From Terrisporobacter sp. (GTDB taxonomy: Bacteria > Bacillota > Clostridia > Peptostreptococcales > Peptostreptococcaceae), in the NCBI RefSeq assembly GCF_036550295.1, contig NZ_JAXKGQ010000011.1: 24,000 nt of DNA; one strand, 5' to 3'. The first letter of the stretch is position 1, and every line of letters begins with the position of its first letter. The translations under genes and the position numbers were made by a program. The notes beneath the pieces were generated by a model, which searched no databases, was not told the origin of the DNA, and was given only the letters and a program-made list of their open reading frames with translations. This document shows, in pieces, positions 8,715 to 18,966 of this stretch.

Positions 8715-9053
8715 ATGGTAAATAATATGGTAAATTTCCCTTATAATTCTCTAGGGGTTGCAAGAGTTGATTCAAATGGTGTTGTTCACAATCATATATA
8801 TCATCAATGTCCTGTTGGTAGAGTTGACACTAACAATATAATTCACAATGATCCTATAAATAATTCTCCCGTTGGTAGAGTTGATAGTGATGGTGTTGTA
8901 TATAATCATCCTACTAATTACTCTCCTGTAGGTAGAGTTGATAAAGATGGTTTTGTTTATAATAAACAAAATATAAAAGTTGCCAGAGTTGAAGGCGATG
9001 ATTTATTAAAAAGCGCTGGTGCTTATTTATTACTAATCGATAATTTAAGATAA
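8715..9053 (+). CDS. Small protein with tandem ~19-aa PVGRVDxxGxVxN repeats
   Basis: GVARVDSNGVVHNHIYHQC / PVGRVDTNNIIHNDPINNS / PVGRVDSDGVVYNHPTNYS / PVGRVDKDGFVYNKQNIK / VARVEGDD. Confidence 0.75.
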   Translation: MVNNMVNFPYNSLGVARVDSNGVVHNHIYHQCPVGRVDTNNIIHNDPINNSPVGRVDSDGVVYNHPTNYSPVGRVDKDGFVYNKQNIKVARVEGDDLLKSAGAYLLLIDNLR

Positions 9054-9070
9054 TTTAAATACCAAAAAAT

Positions 9071-9095
9071 AAAGACTTGCTTTTAGCAAGTCTTT
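9071..9095. terminator. Intrinsic terminator between convergent genes
   Basis: AAAGACTTGC-TTTTA-GCAAGTCTTT with A/T tracts on both sides. Confidence 0.75.
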
Positions 9096-9705
9096 ATGCA
9101 TATTCAAAATAAGATTCATATATGTTTTTAATTTCCTTAGCAAAGGAATTTTTATTAAAGTTCTTTGAATGTATTATTAATTTTTCACTGGCTCTAGTCA
9201 TGCCCACATAAACTAACTTTCTATCCATTATTTCTTTTTTCTTGTCTAAATTAGGATAAAAATAATCCACATCCATTAATATTACAACTTTTCCTTCAAG
9301 TCCCTTTGCTGAATAGTATCTTCATCATCACTTTTATAAAATCTGCTTACTCCTTCTTGCAAACTTTCATTTTATTGAATAAATTTCAAAGCCATATGAG
9401 CAATTTCTTTGACTGTTCTATAACATGTTTTTAGAAAATAAGAACGACCTCGCATATTTCCAAGCTTATTCCAACTGTGCTCTTTTGCATTGTAATATCT
9501 TTTATATAAGAAAGTGACCAATCCTTAACTTCTAATATGGAAATTCCCCTATTTTCATCTATTAAGATAAAATCTGGTACGAGTTTTGAGATGGTGGGTT
9601 GTACATACAAATAAGCTTCATCTTGATAATTTTTATATAAGAGTTTTATTTTGTTTAGCAGTTCTTTTTCGCCTTTAGTAAGTTTTTTAGATTCGTTTTT
9701 TTAAT
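9094..9705 (-). pseudogene. Degenerate NERD-domain / UvrD-like helicase
   Basis: Reverse strand 9705->: LTKGEKELLNKIKLLYKNYQDEAYLYVQPTISKLVPDFILIDENRGISILEVKDWSLSYIKD (NERD-like), then out-of-frame CYRTVKEIAHMALKFIQ*, then RKLVYVGMTRASEKLIIHS (UvrD motif VI). Several frames and stops; most of the helicase core is missing. Confidence 0.75.
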
Positions 9706-9811
9706 TATAACTATATTTTTTTAAAAATTATTCATAATTTAACACAAAATTAATATATTATATCTATAATTATTTATATAATATATTAATAAATTTCTAG
9801 GAGGAGTTTTT

Positions 9812-11140
9812 ATGAGTAGTCTTGATGACCTCTCGAGGAGCATATTTCCTCAACTATTATTAATTGTAGTACTAACACTTATAAATGGATTCTTTGCAGC
9901 TGCAGAAATGGCCTTTGTATCAGTAAATAAACATAGAATTGATTGTTTATGCGAAGAAAAAAACAAAAAAGCAATTCTCTTGAGAAAATTACTAGATGAT
10001 CCAAGTGGTTTTTTATCTACCATACAAATAGGAATTACTTTGGCAGGATTCTTCTCCAGTGCATCTGCTGCAACCACACTATCAGTAAGGTTTTATTCTT
10101 TAATTTCACCTTATAACATACCTTATGCCAAAGAAGTCTCCATGATTTTAATAACTATTATCTTATCTTTTTTTACATTAATATTTGGAGAACTTGTTCC
10201 AAAGCGAATTGCTTTAAAAAAATGTGAAAAAATTTCACTACTATCAGTTAAACCTATTTATTTTTTCTCCATAATTTCAAAACCTTTTATTAAAATTTTA
10301 TCCCTATCCACAAAACTAGTTTTAAAAATTACTAAAAATGATGATGTGAAAGATGAAAACAATATTTCCACAGAAGAAATAAAATTACTAATTACCCAAT
10401 CAGAAAAAAATGGTACTATTAACTTCATGGAAAAAGAAATGTTGAATAAGGTTTTTGATTTTTCCGATAAAACATCAAAGGAAATTATGACATCTAGAAC
10501 AGATACAGTTTTAATAGATATAAATGATGATAAAGACAATATAGTAAATATACTGCTTCACTGCAAATATTCTAGAATACCTGTTTATGATGATTCTGTA
10601 GATAATATAATAGGTATTTTGTATATGAAAGATTTGACATCTTATTTAATAAAAAAAGATTTAAATAATTTAGATTTAAGAAAAATTCTCCACTCTCCTT
10701 GCTTTGTACCTGAAACTAAAAATATAGATGAGCTATTTCTTTTACTAAAACAAAGTAAAAATCATATGTCCATCTTAATTGATGAATACGGTGGTTTTTC
10801 TGGAATAGTAACTATGGAAGATATAATCGAAGAAATAGTTGGTGACATTGAAGATGAGTATGACATAGATAATAATAAAATAGTAAATTTAGGCAATGGC
10901 TCCTTTGAAATAAAGGGCAATATGTCTATTATAGATTTTAACAATATATTTAATACTAACTTGAAATGTGATGATTTTGATACTATAAATGGATATATAA
11001 TATCATTAATTGACAAAATCCCAACTGAAGAAGAAAATATTGTCTTAAATATTGAAAATTATAAAGTAAAAGTCGTAAAAGTTGAAGACAATAGAATTGA
11101 AACAGTAAAAATCAGCATGATAAATGAAAATGCAAGTTAA
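9812..11140 (+). CDS. Hemolysin C/CorC-family membrane protein (DUF21/CNNM + CBS pair + CorC C-terminal domain)
   Basis: 442 aa; NGFFAAAEMAFVSVNKHRI, GITLAGFFSSASAATT, LIFGELVPKRIA, CBS region, LIDEYGGFSGIVTMEDIIEEIVGDIEDEYD. Confidence 0.95.
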   Translation: MSSLDDLSRSIFPQLLLIVVLTLINGFFAAAEMAFVSVNKHRIDCLCEEKNKKAILLRKLLDDPSGFLSTIQIGITLAGFFSSASAATTLSVRFYSLISPYNIPYAKEVSMILITIILSFFTLIFGELVPKRIALKKCEKISLLSVKPIYFFSIISKPFIKILSLSTKLVLKITKNDDVKDENNISTEEIKLLITQSEKNGTINFMEKEMLNKVFDFSDKTSKEIMTSRTDTVLIDINDDKDNIVNILLHCKYSRIPVYDDSVDNIIGILYMKDLTSYLIKKDLNNLDLRKILHSPCFVPETKNIDELFLLLKQSKNHMSILIDEYGGFSGIVTMEDIIEEIVGDIEDEYDIDNNKIVNLGNGSFEIKGNMSIIDFNNIFNTNLKCDDFDTINGYIISLIDKIPTEEENIVLNIENYKVKVVKVEDNRIETVKISMINENAS

Positions 11141-11164
11141 TAAAAATAATTTAAAAAATATATT

Positions 11165-11190
11165 AAAAAGGACCTTTATGGGTCTTTTTT
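11165..11190 (+). terminator. Rho-independent terminator
   Basis: AAAAAGGACC-TTTATG-GGTCTTTTTT followed by T-rich sequence, 25 nt after the CorC-like stop. Confidence 0.8.
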
Positions 11191-11361
11191 TTAATATATT
11201 TTTTTAAATCTTCTTTTTATTTAAATTACTTAATCCTAGGCACTTTTTGTAAATTTCTTTCTTTAAATTTTGGATTTTTCTGGAAATTATTATTGTTTTT
11301 TCTAATTAATTGTACTACTATTTTTTTATCAAATCATTTAAAATTCTAAGGAGGAAAAGAT

Positions 11362-11913
11362 ATGTTATTATTATCAGAAAAAGACATTATTTTAGATAAA
11401 ATATTAAGAAGTTACGAAGTTTATTATGATATAGAAAAATGCGAAAATGAATCACTTCCTCTTGTGGCAAAATGTGAATTTCATGTTCATAATGAGAAGT
11501 ATGTTCTTTCTCAAAAAGCACAGCTTTGGGCAACTGATGCCAATGAATATGTATATATATTTAAAGTAGATAATCTAGATGCCAATCTTTTTAATAAATG
11601 TAAAGATTATGCCTATGAAAATGGTATGAAACTTATCAATCCAAAATCAGGTCATATGTATTCTTATATCACAACTATTTTCATATGCGACTCTTGCGAT
11701 GAAGAATCTGAAAAACTTATCAAAAAAACAAAAATTACTAAAAACTTTAAATTCTCTCTTCATGGTTGGATGGATTTCCATATAGCTTGTATTGATATAG
11801 GCAAAAATAGTATTTATGGAAATACCAGCGGCAAAGTGACATCAAGATTTTTAAAAGACTTATTTAAAAAGAAAAGTTCTCGCTTTAAAAAATTAAAGAA
11901 AGAATATGTTTAG
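11362..11913 (+). CDS. Conserved hypothetical protein
   Basis: 183-aa ORF with RBS TAAGGAGGAAAAGAT-ATG; no recognisable motif. Confidence 0.8.
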   Translation: MLLLSEKDIILDKILRSYEVYYDIEKCENESLPLVAKCEFHVHNEKYVLSQKAQLWATDANEYVYIFKVDNLDANLFNKCKDYAYENGMKLINPKSGHMYSYITTIFICDSCDEESEKLIKKTKITKNFKFSLHGWMDFHIACIDIGKNSIYGNTSGKVTSRFLKDLFKKKSSRFKKLKKEYV

Positions 11914-11994
11914 ATAAGTTATTTAAAATGATAGTTATAAATTTTATATAAATAACTATAAAAATTTAATAATCATTTTAAAGGGGGTAAGCGT

Positions 11995-13728
11995 ATGAGC
12001 GCAGTAGTTTTATTAGTTGTTAGTATTGTAGTATTATTCATCGGCTACGTTACTTATGGTAAATGGCTAGCTGATCAATGGGGAATCGATGAAAAGAAAG
12101 TAACACCTTCCCATGAATTTGAAGACGGTCTTGATTATTGTCCTGCAAAAGCTCCCGTACTTCTAGGTCACCACTTTTCATCTATAGCTGGTGCTGGTCC
12201 TATAAATGGTCCTATACAAGCAGCAGTATTTGGATGGGTTCCTGTTTTACTTTGGGTATTGATAGGTGGTATATTCTTTGGTGCAACTCATGACTTTGGT
12301 GCATTATTTGCATCTATTCGTCATAAAGGTCAATCTATAGGTGAAGTTATAGGACAAAATATAGGTGCTCGTGCTAAGAAATTATTCTTAATTTTCTCTT
12401 ATTTAACATTATTATTAGTAGTAGCAGCCTTCGCTTCTATAGTTGCTGAAACTTTCAAGGCTACATTTACTGAAAGCGGTGCAGTTGACACTGTAGCAAG
12501 TGCCGCAAATGCTTCAACAGCAATGATATCATTATTATTTATATTAATAGCAATTGCCTTTGGTTTCTTCGTTTATAGACGTAATGCTTCTCTTGGAGTA
12601 TCTACAGTAATAGGTGTTGCAGCCATAGTTGCTTGTATAGCAATAGGACTAAACTGGCATCCACTTTACTTAAGTTCTACAACTTGGATGGTTATAGTTG
12701 GTATATATATATTAGTTGCTTCTGTAACTCCTGTTTGGATATTACTTCAACCTCGTGATTATTTAAGTTCATTCTTATTATATGGTATGATAATACTTGC
12801 AGTTGTTGGTATAATAGGATCTCATCCTTCTTTAGATATACCAGCATTTACTGGATTTGTTGATACAGTAGCTCCAACTGGAACATCACTTGGATATTTA
12901 TTCCCTGCTTTATTTGTTACTATAGCATGTGGTGCAATATCTGGATTCCACTCTTTAGTTGCTTCTGGTACTACTGCAAAACAATTAGATAGTGAAAAAG
13001 ATGCAAGACCTATAGCCTATGGTTCAATGTTAATAGAATGTGTACTTGCTGTTATATCTGTTTGTGCAGTAGGATACATTTGGAAAGACTATGCAGCAGG
13101 AACAACTGTAACTCCTACAGTAGTATTTGCTTCAGGTATAGCTGGAATGTTAAGTAAAATACCAGGACTTTCTAATACTTATAATATAGCTTATTCATTA
13201 TTAGTCTTAACAGTTTCTGTTTTCTGTTTAACTTCACTAGATACTGCAACTCGTTTAGCTCGTTACATGTTCCAAGAATTCTGGTTAGAACCCGGTGAAA
13301 CTAGAGATCAAGCTACAGGACTTAAAAAAACTTTAACTAATCCTTACTTAGCAACTGCCATAACTGTTGTTTTAGGTATATCTTTAGGGCTTACTGGATA
13401 CTCAAATATCTGGGCATTATTTGGTGCAGCTAACCAATTACTTGCAGCCCTTGGATTATTAGCTGTTGCAGCTTGGCTTGGTAATATAGGTAAAAATAAT
13501 AAAATGTTATTCTTCCCTATGATATTTATGTTAATAGCAACTGTTACATCTTTAGTTTTAACTGTAAGAAGTAACGTAATTGCAATTACTGCAGGTGGTG
13601 CTGGTCTTGGATGGTGCTACATACGTACAATCTTAGCCGTACTTCTCATAATACTTGCCGTAGTTCTTATGATTGAAGGTATAAATACTATAAGAAATCA
13701 ATTCCGTAGAGTTAAAAAAGCAAGTTAA
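11995..13728 (+). CDS. cstA: Carbon starvation protein CstA family transporter
   Basis: 577 aa; LLGHHFSSIAGAGPINGPIQAAVFGWVPVLLWVLIGGIFFGATHDFGALFASIRH, CGAISGFHSLVASGTTAKQL, TSLDTATRLARY. Confidence 0.95.
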   Translation: MSAVVLLVVSIVVLFIGYVTYGKWLADQWGIDEKKVTPSHEFEDGLDYCPAKAPVLLGHHFSSIAGAGPINGPIQAAVFGWVPVLLWVLIGGIFFGATHDFGALFASIRHKGQSIGEVIGQNIGARAKKLFLIFSYLTLLLVVAAFASIVAETFKATFTESGAVDTVASAANASTAMISLLFILIAIAFGFFVYRRNASLGVSTVIGVAAIVACIAIGLNWHPLYLSSTTWMVIVGIYILVASVTPVWILLQPRDYLSSFLLYGMIILAVVGIIGSHPSLDIPAFTGFVDTVAPTGTSLGYLFPALFVTIACGAISGFHSLVASGTTAKQLDSEKDARPIAYGSMLIECVLAVISVCAVGYIWKDYAAGTTVTPTVVFASGIAGMLSKIPGLSNTYNIAYSLLVLTVSVFCLTSLDTATRLARYMFQEFWLEPGETRDQATGLKKTLTNPYLATAITVVLGISLGLTGYSNIWALFGAANQLLAALGLLAVAAWLGNIGKNNKMLFFPMIFMLIATVTSLVLTVRSNVIAITAGGAGLGWCYIRTILAVLLIILAVVLMIEGINTIRNQFRRVKKAS

Positions 13729-13743
13729 TTATTATTAATATAA

Positions 13744-13781
13744 AAATAAAGGATATACTCCAATGAGTATACCCTTTATTT
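13744..13781. terminator. Bidirectional terminator between convergent cstA and AGCS gene
   Basis: AAATAAAGGATATACTC-CAAT-GAGTATACCCTTTATTT. Confidence 0.8.
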
Positions 13782-13784
13782 TAT

Positions 13785-15209
13785 TTAAATTGCTTTTTCT
13801 TCTTCTTCATTATTTGTCCAACATTGAACATTTTCTAATCCTTCTATATTTGATGCATCAAATATAGGATCTTTTATACCAGCTTTCTTTTGATCCGAGT
13901 AATCTTTTAGAGCTATAAATGCATATTTTCCAAGTAGAGCTATGGCAACTAAGTTAATCACTGCCATTATTCCCATAAATACATCAGCTAAGTCCCAAAC
14001 TAATTGAACTTTTGCCACTGAACCAAATAGCACCATACAAACAACTATTACTCTAAATATATTTAAAATAACTTTATTTCCACTCATAAATTCTATATTT
14101 GACTCTCCATAGTAGTAGTTTCCAACTATAGAACTAAAAGCAAATAATAATATACATACTGCTATAAAAATATTACCTATTGGCCCTATTTGAGATGAAA
14201 GAGCTGCTTGTGTTAATTCTATACCTTCAAGACCAGCACTTGCATAATCTGAATATAATAATATTATAAATGCTGTACATGAACATATTACTATTGTATC
14301 TGTAAATACACCTAAAGTTTGGATTAAACCTTGTTTAACTGGGTGAGTTACATCTGCACTAGCAGCAGCATTTGGAGCTGAACCCATACCTGCTTCATTT
14401 GAGAATAATCCTCTTTTTATACCAACTAATACCATACCTCCAAATGAACCTACAGCCATTTCTCTAACTCCAAAGGCATTTTCACATATAGTTTTTATCA
14501 CATTTGGTATTTCACCTATATTTATTGCAACAACAAATAAAGCAACTAATATGTATAATACTGCAAATATTGGTACTATTATTTCAGATACCTTTGCAAT
14601 TCTATGTACTCCACCAAATATTATAATTCCTGTTAAAACAGATAATACTATACCTACTGCTAATTTATTTACACCGAAAGCATTGTTAAATGCCACAGTT
14701 ATTGTATTTGATTGAACTGCATTAAATATAAATCCAAAACATACTGTTATAAGTACTGAGAACACCATACCCATTGTTCTACTTTTTAGACCTTGTTCCA
14801 TATAATATGCAGGTCCTCCTCTAAATCCTTCATTATCTTTTACTTTAAATATTTGAGCTAATGTGGATTCAACAAAACTTGATGCTGAGCCAATAAGGGC
14901 AATAATCCACATCCAAAATACTGATCCTGGTCCTCCTGCAACAACTGCCATAGCAATCCCTGCTATATTTCCTGTTCCTACACGTGATGCTGTAGATATA
15001 CAAAATGCTTGGAATGACGAAACTGATCCGTCCTTTTTCTCTCCCTTTGCTCCATCTCCTAAAAGTCTAAACATTTCTTTAAAAAATCTAAACTGTACAA
15101 AATTAGTCCTAAAAGTAAAGTAAAGTCCAAGTACTATTAACATTACTATTAATAGTTTAGACCATAAAAGTTCGTTTACGTTTGATACTAAGTTGTTTAA
15201 TAACTCCAT
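13785..15209 (-). CDS. Sodium:alanine/glycine symporter (AGCS family)
   Basis: 474 aa; STASRVGTGNIAGIAMAVVAGGPGSVFWMWIIALIGSASSFVESTLAQ, RGLFSNEAGMGSAPNAAA. Confidence 0.95.
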   Translation of the reverse strand: MELLNNLVSNVNELLWSKLLIVMLIVLGLYFTFRTNFVQFRFFKEMFRLLGDGAKGEKKDGSVSSFQAFCISTASRVGTGNIAGIAMAVVAGGPGSVFWMWIIALIGSASSFVESTLAQIFKVKDNEGFRGGPAYYMEQGLKSRTMGMVFSVLITVCFGFIFNAVQSNTITVAFNNAFGVNKLAVGIVLSVLTGIIIFGGVHRIAKVSEIIVPIFAVLYILVALFVVAINIGEIPNVIKTICENAFGVREMAVGSFGGMVLVGIKRGLFSNEAGMGSAPNAAASADVTHPVKQGLIQTLGVFTDTIVICSCTAFIILLYSDYASAGLEGIELTQAALSSQIGPIGNIFIAVCILLFAFSSIVGNYYYGESNIEFMSGNKVILNIFRVIVVCMVLFGSVAKVQLVWDLADVFMGIMAVINLVAIALLGKYAFIALKDYSDQKKAGIKDPIFDASNIEGLENVQCWTNNEEEEKAI

Positions 15210-15488
15210 TTAATATTCCTCCTGACTATTTTATATTTGAATTTTTTTATCATATATTTTGTGAAAATGAAGGAAAAAATCTTTTTCATTCATTTATCCT
15301 AATTATATGACAATATTTATTTAAATTCAATATAATTTTGCATTTTTTCGATATTAAATTGCAAATTACACAGCAAAAATACACAAAAAACATTTTCCTG
15401 ATATATTTTTTGTACAAAAAAAGAAATTATTTTGAAGTAAATTTCATTTTTATTTAAAAATAATTTCTTTATTAATTTATATGTATTT

Positions 15489-17150
15489 TTAAAATTCTAA
15501 AATTGCACCTCTATCTCCTGATGTAACCATTTTGCTATATCTTTTAAGATATCCTGTAGCTATTTTCGGATCTTTTGGTGACCATTTTTTTCTTCTTTCT
15601 TCCATTTCTTCTTGTGATACTTGAAGATTTAAAGTTTTTTCATTTATATTTATATTTATTATATCTCCTTCTTCAACTAAAGCTATAGGTCCTCCCACAG
15701 CAGCTTCAGGAGAAACATGTCCTATAGATGCTCCTCTAGATGCTCCCGAAAAACGTCCATCTGTTATAAGAGCAACACTTTCTCCAAGTCCCATTCCCGC
15801 TATGGCTGAAGTTGGATTTAACATTTCCCTCATACCAGGACCTCCCTTTGGTCCTTCATACCTTATGACAACCACATCACCTGGAACTATTTTTCCACCT
15901 TTTATAGCAGTTATGGCATCTTCTTCACAATCAAATACTCTTGCTGGTCCACTATGTACTAACATTTTATCACAAACTGCTGATCTTTTTACTATACTTC
16001 CATTTGGTGCTAGATTTCCTTTAAGTGCTGCCAATCCCCCAGTTTCACTATATGGATTATCTATTGGTCTTATAGTATTGATGTCTTTATTTTCACAATT
16101 TGCTATATTTTCTTTTACAGTTTTTCCTGTTGCAGTTATTAAGTCAGTATATAATAAGCCTTTTTTGCTGAGTTCATTCATAACTGCATATACTCCTCCA
16201 GCTTCATTTAAATCTTCCATATAAGTATAGCCTGCTGGTGCTAAGTGACAAAGATTTGGAGTTTTCTCGCTAACTTCATTGGCTAAATCAAGAGTTAATT
16301 TCACCCCTGCTTCATGGGCTATGGCTGGTAAATGTAGCATGGAATTTGTAGAACATCCAAGGGCCATATCTACTGTTAAAGCATTCATAAAGGCTTTTTG
16401 AGTTAATATATCTCTTGGTCTTATGTTTTTTTCATAAAGTTCCATAACTTTCATTCCTACATGTTTTGCCAATTTTATTCTTTCAGAATATACGGCAGGT
16501 ATAGTTCCATTTCCTTTAAGTCCCATTCCTATGGCTTCAGTTAAGCAGTTCATGGAATTTGCTGTGTACATTCCTGAACATGAACCACATGTTGGACACA
16601 CTTTATTTTCAAATTCTACAACTTCTTCTTCTGTCATTGTACCTGCTGCATAAGAACCTATGGCTTCAAACATGGAAGATAAACTTCTCTTTTCTCCCTT
16701 AACACGTCCTGCAAGCATTGGTCCTCCACTTACTAATACTGTTGGCACATTTATTCTAGCCGCTGCCATTAAAAGTCCTGGTACATTTTTATCGCAATTT
16801 GGCACCATGACTAGAGCATCAAATTGATGAGCACGTGCCATAACTTCTGTTGAATCTGCTATAAGTTCCCTACTTGCAAGAGAGTATTTCATTCCTTCAT
16901 GACCCATGGCTATTCCATCACATACAGCTATGGCTGGAAATACTACAGGAGTTCCCCCTGCCATGGCAACACCAAGTTTTACTGCATCTACTATTTTATC
17001 CAGATTCATATGACCTGGTACTATTTCATTATATGAACTTACTATCCCCACTAAAGGTTTATTCATTTCCTCTTTAGTATGACCTAATGCATTGAACAAA
17101 GAACGGTGTGGTCCTTGCTGAATTCCTTTTCTCACATTATCACTTTTCAT
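15489..17150 (-). CDS. ilvD: Dihydroxy-acid dehydratase
   Basis: 553 aa; [91 protein letters not shown]. Confidence 0.98.
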   Translation of the reverse strand: MKSDNVRKGIQQGPHRSLFNALGHTKEEMNKPLVGIVSSYNEIVPGHMNLDKIVDAVKLGVAMAGGTPVVFPAIAVCDGIAMGHEGMKYSLASRELIADSTEVMARAHQFDALVMVPNCDKNVPGLLMAAARINVPTVLVSGGPMLAGRVKGEKRSLSSMFEAIGSYAAGTMTEEEVVEFENKVCPTCGSCSGMYTANSMNCLTEAIGMGLKGNGTIPAVYSERIKLAKHVGMKVMELYEKNIRPRDILTQKAFMNALTVDMALGCSTNSMLHLPAIAHEAGVKLTLDLANEVSEKTPNLCHLAPAGYTYMEDLNEAGGVYAVMNELSKKGLLYTDLITATGKTVKENIANCENKDINTIRPIDNPYSETGGLAALKGNLAPNGSIVKRSAVCDKMLVHSGPARVFDCEEDAITAIKGGKIVPGDVVVIRYEGPKGGPGMREMLNPTSAIAGMGLGESVALITDGRFSGASRGASIGHVSPEAAVGGPIALVEEGDIINININEKTLNLQVSQEEMEERRKKWSPKDPKIATGYLKRYSKMVTSGDRGAILEF

Positions 17151-17489
17151 AAAAATCCCCCAATTTATCGTTATATTTTAAAAATTCAGATAATTCACAA
17201 CAAAAAACGATACATTTTTGTAAATAATTATATATGATAATCTTAATTCCATCTTTTTACAATGTCAATTATTTTTTTAGTATAAAAATAAGGATAAATA
17301 CTGAAAATAAAATTTGCGTTCAATATACAATGATTTTAAACTTTGTTAACATTTTATTTTTCAAAATTTTCTGAAAATTAGTAGCTTTTCTAATCACTTT
17401 TGTATATAATGAACTTATAGTAATAAATAAAGTTTATTTATAATATAGTTAAATAAAATAAGAATATTTAAAAAGGAAAGGTGATTACT

Positions 17490-17777
17490 TTGAAAAATGT
17501 TATAGGTTTTGATCCAATCAAATGTGAATACAAAACTATCACTATGTGTAATTTGCAAGGTGGAGGTAAAACTTTATTTGACCTTCAAAAACTAATGAAT
17601 GGTGCTTCTTATTCTATTATGAATCTTAAACTTCAGCAGCTTGAAGATATAGGTTTAATATTCAAAAGAGTAAATTATGCTTATCCTGCTCAAGTAAAAT
17701 ATTTCTTAACTATAAAAGGATGGGAATGTGTAAGATCTCTTCGTAGTTATGTTGATGTGGATAGTATTGCTGTATAG
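17490..17777 (+). CDS. Small winged-helix-like protein (HxlR/transcriptional-regulator-like)
   Basis: ORF LQGGGKTLFDLQKLMNGASYSIMNLKLQQLEDIGLIFKRVNYAYPAQVKYFLTIKGWE; start likely TTG 17490 (MKNVIGF..) after GAAAGGTGATTAC; ORF track uses GTG 17481. Confidence 0.65.
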   Translation: MKNVIGFDPIKCEYKTITMCNLQGGGKTLFDLQKLMNGASYSIMNLKLQQLEDIGLIFKRVNYAYPAQVKYFLTIKGWECVRSLRSYVDVDSIAV

Positions 17778-17818
17778 GAGTTTTTTACAAATGATATGTA
17801 TAAAAAATATTGAATAGA

Positions 17819-17852
17819 AAATGCCAAGTTAAATAACTTGGTATTTTTTTTA
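17819..17852 (+). terminator. Rho-independent terminator
   Basis: AATGCCAAGTT-AAAT-AACTTGGTATTTTTTTT. Confidence 0.8.
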
Positions 17853-17933
17853 TAAAATTTTTTAAAGTTTGTATCATTTATAAATAAAAGATAAAACTAG
17901 TAGTAAATAATATTTAAAAAGGATGATACAAAT

Positions 17934-18215
17934 ATGACAGAAGAAAAATTAAATAACTTAAATTTTATTAATAATAAATGGAAATCTTTAATTATTTATA
18001 ATTTATATAGTGGCTCTAAAAAATTTACTTATCTACTAAATTTAAGTCCTACTATAAGTCAAAGTGCATTATGTGAAAATTTAAAAGAACTAGAAATAGA
18101 TAATTTAATAATCAAAAAATATTTTTATGAATATCCCCCTAGAGTTGAGTATTTCTTAACAAGCAAAGGATATGAGTATGCAAAATTAATAAAAGAATTT
18201 GAAAAACTTGGATAA
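17934..18215 (+). CDS. Small winged-helix-like protein, paralog-like to 17490..17777
   Basis: 93 aa; KSLIIYNLYSGSKKFTYLLNLSPTISQSALCENLKELEIDNLIIKKYFYEYPPRVEYFLTSKGYEYAKLI matches the HxlR-type pattern; RBS AAAGGATG. Confidence 0.7.
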   Translation: MTEEKLNNLNFINNKWKSLIIYNLYSGSKKFTYLLNLSPTISQSALCENLKELEIDNLIIKKYFYEYPPRVEYFLTSKGYEYAKLIKEFEKLG

Positions 18216-18231
18216 ATTTTTATCCAAGTTT
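18204..18231. terminator. Bidirectional terminator overlapping the 18215 stop
   Basis: AAACTTGGATAAA-TT-TTTATCCAAGTTT. Confidence 0.75.
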
Positions 18232-18709
18232 ATTTTATATTGTTTTTATAAAATTCTTTTATTTCATTATAAGCAACTTCCAAGTTTCCATTGGAATACT
18301 GAAGGTTTACATTATAGTCTCCTCTAACTTTATATTTTACTTTGGGAAATTTTATGCTTTTACCTTTTTCATCCTCTTTTTTTATTTTTATAGCAATAAC
18401 ATCAACAGGTCTATCTTTATATTCATCATTATCAATATATATTTCTGATATATCATTCCATGATAAGTACTCTCCCTTTGTGTATTTTGTCTTTATTCCC
18501 TTTTTATTTACTTGCAGTAATACATCCGGTGATATTAATCTCACAATTAAATAAATTGTGTAGCAACCAAATGCTATAAGGCCAATTAGTCCAACTATTA
18601 GAGAATTTACTTGTATAGCATATATTGCTCCCAAATCCCCTATGATAGAAAGTATTAAATATATTGCTATGTCTTTTCTAGATCTTTTGTAAATTATTTC
18701 TTTATCCAT
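18230..18709 (-). CDS. Small membrane protein with PH-like C-terminal region (start refined)
   Basis: MDKEIIYKRSRKDIAIYLILSIIGDLGAIYAI... two hydrophobic helices; AAAGGAGAGCAATTT RBS precedes the ATG at 18709, so the ORF-track start at 18790 is probably too long. Confidence 0.7.
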   Translation of the reverse strand: MDKEIIYKRSRKDIAIYLILSIIGDLGAIYAIQVNSLIVGLIGLIAFGCYTIYLIVRLISPDVLLQVNKKGIKTKYTKGEYLSWNDISEIYIDNDEYKDRPVDVIAIKIKKEDEKGKSIKFPKVKYKVRGDYNVNLQYSNGNLEVAYNEIKEFYKNNIK

Positions 18710-18966
18710 AAATTGCTCTCCTTTCATAATCCTTGATATATCTATATTATATATCAAAAAATAAATAATTGCTTGTTTAAAGTATTTCATAATTAATTCA
18801 TTTATTTTTAATATAAAGTATACGCTATATATGCTTATTTATTTTTTATGATATATTTTTTTATTTTTACAGATACATTGTATTGTATTTTTGTTTAATT
18901 AATGATAATATATATCCAACAAATGTTTAGCAACATAAACAATTATTAATTTCAGGTGATTATATG

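Noticed and set aside
8772-8969. - strand ORF 65 aa
   Set aside because: Shadow ORF antisense to the tandem-repeat protein; its repetitiveness mirrors the + strand repeats.
9850-11016. Three - strand ORFs (9850..10077, 10258..10539, 10762..11016)
   Set aside because: Antisense shadows of the well-supported CorC/HlyC-type gene.
14863-17077. + strand ORFs 14863..15123, 15802..16224, 16874..17077
   Set aside because: Antisense to the AGCS symporter and ilvD, both with strong family motifs.
17151-17480. Possible T-box or other leader upstream of ilvD
   Set aside because: No T-box consensus (AGGGTGGNACCGCG-like) or attenuator found in the minus-strand leader.
18342-18554. + strand ORF 70 aa
   Set aside because: Antisense to the membrane/PH-like protein gene; no independent support.
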